NCBI GenBank assembly: GCA_964016885.1
Contig: OZ024741.1
Span: forward strand, 169,136,001-169,200,000
Source: Eledone cirrhosa
Lineage: Eukaryota
Reading direction: 5' to 3'
Length of the DNA: 64,000 bases
Each line of letters opens with the position of its first letter. Position 1 is the stretch's first letter. Shown piece by piece: positions 56,936-64,000 of the stretch. The position numbers were made by a program, and so were the translations under genes. The notes beneath the pieces are model-generated. The model saw only the letters and a program-made list of their open reading frames with translations, was not told the DNA's origin and searched no databases.

Positions 56936-57975
56936 AATTAAGATAAATTAAATGAATTCAATCTAAATCGAAATTGTGGGTGTCATGCCTTAACGGCGTG
57001 CGCCATATTGCCCGGAAAATAAGCTCAAAGACTTTGTAGGTGCGAGCATTTTATAATAACTAGAAATTGATCAACATATATATAAATAAATATAAACATG
57101 AATAATCACAGGAGATAATTTTTACAAGCGTGTAACCACGCATGGCTAGTAGGTAACAGGTAACAAATAAATAAAGTTAACTAGAACTTCAAAAATAGAT
57201 ACCTTTTAATGATTAATCTTCCCTGAATATATTTCATTAAAGAAATATATTTCACCAATTAATCAGATGGTAAGTCACAGTAAGTGGATATTATTGGATT
57301 ATCAACAAGGAAGAACAATATTCCAGCAATCCATGTTTACACTTCGAGTCAAAATCCTCAACTGGCCACTACCACGTGTTGTTTTTACACATCACAGCGG
57401 CTTCGTTTCAGTGGCGTGAATAGGTATTCGACAACTAGAAATAGCAGTCAATTCCTTTCAACAGAGTTAGCTCTACAATTAAGGAGCCGTATTTATATAT
57501 CTATATCCAAAATTAAGATAAATTAAATGAATTCAATCGAAATCAAAATTGTGGGTGTCATGCCTGTTGAAAGGAATTGACTGCTATTTCTAGTTGTCGA
57601 ATACCTATTCACGCCACTGAGAGGAAGCCGCTGTGATGTGTAAAAACAACACGTGGTAGCGGCCAGTTGAGGATTTTGACTCGAAGTGTAAACATGGATT
57701 GCTGGAATATTGTTCTTTCTTGTTGATAATCCAATAATATCCACTTTCTGTGACTTACCATCTGATTAATTGGTGAAATATATTTCTTTAATGAAATATA
57801 TTCAGGGAAGATTAATCATTAAAAGGTATCTATTTTTGAAGTTCTAGTTAACTTTATTTATTTGTTACCTGTTACCTACTAGCCATGCGTGGTTACATGC
57901 TTGTAAAAATTATCTCCTGTGATTATTCATGTTTATATTTATTTATATATATGTTGATCAATTTCTAGTTATTAT
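56929..57975. mobile_element. Non-autonomous PLE-like unit: 60-bp direct repeat plus a 410-bp inverted duplication
   Basis: 56929-56990 matches 57504-57565. 57053-57463 is inverted at 57565-57975. (TA)n flanks both ends. Confidence 0.75.
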
Positions 57976-58098
57976 ATATATATATCAGTTCCCGTATGAG
58001 CAAGACATGGTCAGCCAACCAGCTACTGCTCACAACAGGACAACCCGTCTAAACCATGCTAGCATGGAAGAACGGACGTAAAACGGTGATGATGATGA

Positions 58099-58148
<50 letters not shown>

Positions 58149-58164
58149 TATGTTGGATGGTTTA

Positions 58165-58548
58165 ACTAATAGGTAACCGGGTTTGTGAACTAGTCATTCT
58201 GATTAGCAGACCGTGATTCATTAAGCAAAAGCACTTGACATTATGCTTATCTTCCATCATAGATGTGGTATCTTGTCATTGGTACAGGAATTGAGTTAAA
58301 TACTTCCATGAAAATACATGAAGACCAGATTCCAACATCTTCGTCGCCGTCGTAGTATAGTTGACTATAGAAAGATTATTTTAGTTAAAATGTTATATTG
58401 TTTTAATCCAAATGAAAATAAAAATTACATGTTGTTAATCCTGGGGTCTAATACTATTACCTTGTAAAATTTGATTTCATTTGGTCGAGCCATTTGAGAA
58501 GGCATAAGGAAACAGACAGACAGACAAAGAATTTTATATATAGAGATA
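58165..58548 (+). mobile_element. Possible Helitron/Helentron-like non-autonomous element
   Basis: 3' end aaacagacagacagacaaagaattttatatatagagat. Confidence 0.4.
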
Positions 58549-58925
58549 TATATATTTACATATATTTCATATATAATATATAATGGGTGTCTCTAAAAAT
58601 GTATACACACTTTGATTAGAATGCTTTCGAAGTGTATATACATTTTTTTAGTACACGCTATATATATACTGCAATGAAAATACAAGAAGGTTGGATTCCA
58701 ATATTTTCCTTTAATGTTTCACAATTACATAATACATATTTATGTGGCTGGACTACATCATCAGACTATAACACAAGACCATCAGCAATGTCATCAGATG
58801 TACTGAACATAAAAGATTTAGTCGAGTAATCCCTACTGGGTTACAACAAAATACAACAAAGAATTGATACGTAGGTGGGCATCCCATTACTATGGCAGAC
58901 AGCTTCCATATACAGATATGTATGC

Positions 58926-58960
<35 letters not shown>

Positions 58961-58980
58961 CATCATATGTATATATATAC

Positions 58981-59370
58981 ATGGAGGCACATGGCTTAGT
59001 GGTTAGAGCATTGGGCTTGCAATTGAAAGGTTGTGAGTTCAATTCTCAGACCGGGTGATGTGTTGTTTCCTTGAACAAGATACTTTATTTCACATTGCTC
59101 CAGTTTACTCAGCTGTAGAAATGAGATGATAGGACTGGGGTCCCTATCATTCCACTGCAAAGTGGTCATGGAGGTGCCACGGCAAAAAGCACCCAGCCCA
59201 CACTGTAAAAGTGGATGTGTAGGTGGCACGGCAAAAAAGCACCCAGCACTCACTGTAAATGAGGTTGGTGTTAGGAAGGGCATCCAGCTGTAGAAATCAA
59301 GCCAGAATTAGTTCCCGTCCCACCCTTGCAATCAGGGAAAAGCGGACGTAAAATGATGACGATGATGATA
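58981..59370 (+). mobile_element. tRNA/CORE SINE with two RTE-tail modules
   Basis: Same family as 20279, with an extra ~48-bp module. Confidence 0.9.
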
Positions 59371-59989
59371 ATATATATATATATAAGAAAGTAAGTCCAT
59401 AGAATCATTTGATAAAATATATACAGTATTTCTTCTCCCAATCAGCATAATCAACCACATAAAAAAATCAATTAAACGAGGCTATAAGTTTAAAATGTAC
59501 CTATGAAGAAACAATAGATAAATAAATGATAGCTATTTTATCCACGATCCACAGCCACAGAAGATTTACCAAGTATTTCTAATAGCCCGTAGAAATTGAC
59601 TAGACATATAGCCAACCATACACAAATAGGTACAAAATCAAAGTTAGAAGAAAAAATGTACATAAACATACCAAAATCATGTTTCTACCCCCTGAGGTTT
59701 CATTCGCTTTTTGGAAATATCCAATCATGGATAAATCAACGAGTTTCGAAATCATCAGGAAACAAACTCAATTGGACAAAGATTTTTCTTAAATGATCCC
59801 CGCCAGAAACGAATTCAAAATGGCTAAGAATTGTCACATGGCTAGTGGTCAAGTCAGAAAGCTTGTGATTGGTGCCTGACGGTGAGTAGGCTAGTTGCTA
59901 AAAAGCACAGCCGAATACTGCCTAAAGTTTTACTCAACTTACGGGATTATATAAAATATAGAGGTTTGCATATACATAAACTAGGCAGA

Positions 59990-60035
<46 letters not shown>

Positions 60036-60181
60036 TTTTGAGTTTATGTTGGTTGTATACCAACACCTCAGTATGCAGGCTGGAGCACTCGACGAAGTGC
60101 GCAGGTTGGTTTGGTTACTCCGGAGTAGTGTAAAATAAAGTTAAATAAAAGTCAAATGATTAAAATTTAGCTTCGTTTATT

Positions 60182-60236
60182 ACTGCTATATATATTTCAG
60201 TGACAGCCATCTTTGGCTGTGACTTCTTCAGGCAGT
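60182..60236 (-). ncRNA. Well-formed type-I hammerhead ribozyme
   Basis: actgc CTGAAGA agtc acagcc aaagat ggctgt cact GAAA tatata TA gcagt. Stem I is perfect, stem II is long, stem III is palindromic. Confidence 0.8.
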
Positions 60237-60279
60237 TTGAATTAGTATGGTATAGACAAGTACATATGTTGTTTAGGTG

Positions 60280-60336
<57 letters not shown>

Positions 60337-60916
60337 TATATATATGCATATATATATATACAGGGTCCGAGCTCATAAAAAAAATGAATGCCTGAATTGT
60401 AAAAAGTATATGCTTAAGGACTGCTTACACTTCAGGAGACACCTGCTCTCATCGTGAAAGGGTCATCCAGCCAACAGTGATACTTCATCTGCCTTAATTC
60501 AAACACATAGTCACTTTTATGTATGCCACTCTATTCTACATGTCAATCTATTATGCCTCTAACCGTCTTCCATAGCCTACACCACACTAAAATTAACTCA
60601 AATTTTTTAACAAACCAAAAATGCCGACAGAAATATAAGAAATATATACACAAAATCACAATGATAAGTCACCTCCTTAGAAAATAGAGCAACAGATTTT
60701 TGGGGCCATGGCCCTTTTCCTCAAATGACTATTTAACTTGATCTCATTCAGACATTTACTCTGTGCCAGATGACATAGACCTAAGTCTTGCACTCTTGCT
60801 TCATACATTTATGCTCAAAACCAAAGATGAGATAGTGCAATATATGTTATTTGTAAGAATCATAATAAATTTTCTAACACTAGATAGAGTGCTTTTTACT
60901 TTTTTCCTTCTCATGG

Positions 60917-60953
<37 letters not shown>

Positions 60954-61192
60954 TTGAAAACGACTTAGAAAAATGTTAATCCCTGAAAAGGGGAATTTTA
61001 GGTAGGTTCCGAAATATTGGACAGAAAAAGAAAGAACAACAACAAAAAAAACAAAACAAAGATTATCAGGTAACTTACTTTTCGTTACCTCATTTTACAG
61101 TCCATTTTGCATTGTTTAGCCTTCTATCTTTCTCCATGTTATATATTGTATACAATGATACAAGCAAACTACAACATTTTATTATATATATG

Positions 61193-61226
<34 letters not shown>

Positions 61227-61639
61227 TGTTGTCTCTGATCAAGACAAAGAGAGAGTGTATTTGATTGAATACATATAAAAATGAGAAAACTCATCACTAT
61301 TGAGACAACTAAATACTGTCAAAGACAGCGATGGGGAAAAATGCATCAAAGGATGAAAAATGCAGCCAGTGGTCAAAAGAGAGACAATCCACAAGGTGGG
61401 TGACAGGCAGATGAAATATAGAAAAGATTGAAAGAGGAGGAGGACAAGAAGTGCACTGGTACACAGAAGTGACTGGAAGAATGAAATAAAGAAAGGCGAT
61501 TTACAAGACAAATTTACCCACACACATCTTCACCCTCATCAGCTCTCAAACCATAAAATGGTTCCGCACAATTTAATTGAGAGTACCATTTTAAAAAGCT
61601 GCATCATGCAACAGAAAAAAAAATCTTTCTGCTGGTATG

Positions 61640-61706
<67 letters not shown>

Positions 61707-61768
61707 CATGCATACATACATACATACATACATATACATACATACATATACATACATACATACATACA

Positions 61769-61799
<31 letters not shown>

Positions 61800-62194
61800 G
61801 ATGGATACAAACTCTTCTAAGAGTATTGCAATTGCTTGTCAGATTATAGAGTTTGGTGCACTTTTAGGCTACGGCCAGCCACACGAACCTGTAACATATC
61901 CTGAACAAGCAATGCCTGTGCTTTGAAGGTTTTTTAAGTGAGAAAAGGCCTTGCACTCAACCAATCCCACTCTCTGAGCATCGAAAACACTACCTGAAAA
62001 GGAGAACTGGTCAACATCATCAAATGCTTCTGAAGCTGCAGGGTTTTTTTTTAGAGTTTCCCTCTCTTAGAAAGGTGTTGTGACAACTGGGGGCCTTTCA
62101 CTCCCAAGTGAAAAATAAAAAGTACTACTTGGATGACCATTGACTCTGCTGAGTTCCTCTGCCCTCAGTTCCTATGCCCGTATACATACATAAT

Positions 62195-62812
62195 GGTGGT
62201 GGCTGCCAACTCGTTTTCGAGTACGGCCACTACTTTATATCCATGTAGGAGAACCCCTACCGTTGCGCTGAACGAGTGTGACTTTTTAGTCCAGCCAGCG
62301 ACTTGAAAACTCTGGTACAAACACTACACTTGTGACAATTATTGACACATAGTGCTGGGCCCATGGTTCCATGTGACGACAAGTGCAGAGAGATCTCCAG
62401 ATATAAAGCAATGCCTGTGCCGTGAAGTTTTTATAGTGAGCAAAGGCACTGCACAAAGCCAGTCCCACTCTCTTAACCAAGATGATATTTACCAAAAAGA
62501 AGAACAAGTCAACATCATTGGATACCATCAGGGTTGCAGGTGTTATATCAGAGTTTTCCTTCTCCTAGAATTCTGCCTTGACAAAGGCTAAGGGGTCATC
62601 TCTCCCGGTGATTTTGGATGGCCATTGACTCTTAAGAGCTCCTTTGCCCTTTGACAGGTTTTGTTTTTAGTCCTGCAGGATGTCCAAAGTCACCCTCCTC
62701 ACCAAGAAACCTTGGTGGGGTTGCCAGTTTAGTCGCCAACGACTCCGCCATGAGACAGGTTGTACTGGGATACATGTTACCAGTAGCACCAACTGGTGAC
62801 CTGACATAAGGT
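62195..62812 (-). mobile_element. About 600-bp (CATA)n-associated retroelement, copy 3, with an older relative at about 61800-62170
   Basis: Near-identical to 27498-28100 but with a longer 5' end. Confidence 0.75.
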
Positions 62813-62996
62813 ACATACATAATACATACATACATACATATGAATGTGTTGATGATAATCTGAAAATCATGACTAGAGATAAATATTTGGATAGATACAT
62901 AAATAAGTACATGCTTTCATAGTGCATACATACACATATTTACATACATATATTCACACCCACATGCATATGCACTGATATATATGTTGTTATTGT

Positions 62997-63312
62997 TGGA
63001 CCTCCATCATTTCCGATGACAAGTATTTTATCAAACAATAGAACAGCTTGCTCCTGAAATTAACTTACAAGTGACTGAACATTCCACAAACACGTGTACC
63101 TTTAATGTAATCCTTAGGGAGATTCAGTATGACATAGTATGATGAGGCTGGACTTTTGAATTACAGGTACAACTTTTTTTTCCAATCGAGTGAACTGGAG
63201 CGAAGTGAAATAAAGTGTCTTGCTCAAGGACACAATGCCCCACTGAGTCAAGGAATTGAACTCACAATTTTACAATCATAATATGAACACCCTCACCACT
63301 AAGCTACATACC
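62997..63312 (-). mobile_element. tRNA/CORE SINE, third tail type
   Basis: CORE segment plus a tail shared with 10665 and 29345-29670. Confidence 0.7.
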
Positions 63313-63349
63313 TTCATATATATATATATATATATACAGATATACAGAC

Positions 63350-63792
63350 AGTGCTTTATGCGAGCAAGACCTGGAAGAGTACGGCAAAAATAGAGAGATG
63401 GCAAAAATAGAGAGAACGCTTTCCACCAGCGGTGCCTACGAAAGATCCTTTTTGTGTCCTGGCGCAACCGAGTGCGAAACGAGGAGATCCTGCGGAGAGC
63501 CGAGTCGTGGACACTACAGAGAGTGGTCACGGAACGTCAGTGCCATCTGGCAGGCCATATTCTGCGCCTGCCAAATGAACGGCATTCGAAAACAGCGATG
63601 AACTGGACTCCACCTAGCGGTAAATGGAGGCGGGGTTGCCCAAGGATCACCTGGCGATGAACATTCCGGAAGGACCTGATGGCAGCCAACATCACCTAGC
63701 ACGGTCTCAAAAAAGTTGCCGCTGATCGTGACCATTGGCGACAACTTACTGCTCAATACGCCGAATGGCGTGGCAGAATGTAAGAATCTAAG
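63350..63792 (+). mobile_element. RTE LINE C-terminal fragment
   Basis: FHQRCLRKIL..SWRNRVRNEEILRR..LAGHILR..WTPPSGKWRRGCPRITWR. Confidence 0.85.
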
Positions 63793-63914
63793 ACATGGTT
63801 GAATATGATAGAAAGATAGAAATTTAGAAAAAAATAGAAATAAGTGTAAAAATTACAAGTGTAAAAATTACAAAATAAAACCAAAAGCAAATAGAGAATT
63901 AAGAAGGAATGATG

Positions 63915-64000
63915 TGGAGGCACATGACTTAGTGGTTAGAGCATTGGCCTTGCAATCGAAAGGTTGTGAGTTCAATTCTCAGACCAGGTGATGTGTTGTT
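63915..64000 (+). mobile_element. tRNA/CORE SINE head, cut by the window edge
   Basis: Same head as 33452. Confidence 0.85.

Larger units (their letters stand above)
50330..61640 (-). pseudogene. Piwi/Argonaute-like pseudogene copy 1, fragmented by TEs (pieces at about 61540-61640, 60590-60890, 58720-58880, 55140-55350, 51090-51320, 50330-50900)
   Basis: Hand translation with frameshifts gives, in order: LCGTILW (cf. FDGTILF); YYDS..GF..SI..YE (L1); CCNPVGIT..LM.DIA (PAZ end); DVDWSERKKKEIFQIVSLN (cf. ADWSRE..LI..V.L.NW); NSQVL..CEKLMV (MID); ISDDCLFCIIVAGLLRAVYQYVRKTDSSFKPNL (cf. GVSDGQL..Y.PKL); TYAVCADINL..TLQQL..HY.Y.DW.GPV (cf. THYNVI.D..LQ.LTY.LCH.Y.NW.G.I). The order matches the Piwi domain order. 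Confidence 0.6.

Overview
AT-rich, microsatellite-dense eukaryotic DNA. The repeat families (tRNA/CORE and Meta-type SINEs, RTE LINEs with (GAT)n tails, Penelope-like elements) point to an octopus or other cephalopod genome; this is an inference. I found no intact host gene. Most of the window is retroelements: RTE LINEs, an L1/Tx1 nested in an RTE, Hydra-, Neptune- and Penelope-type PLE pieces, and SINEs. There is also a hAT MITE and two Helitron-like elements. Two less obvious layers stand out. (1) Hand translation of the non-repeat gaps on the minus strand gives collinear, frameshifted and stop-riddled fragments of about four tandem Piwi/Argonaute-like pseudogenes (about 61.6-50.3, 47.0-33.9, 31.3-16.7 and 13.0-11.1 kb), broken apart by later TE insertions. 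(2) There are about 10 minimal type-I hammerhead ribozyme motifs and about 9 long inverted repeats or fold-backs of PLE-like origin, some of which fold back right at a hammerhead half. All protein assignments come from motif recognition by eye and need profile searches to confirm.
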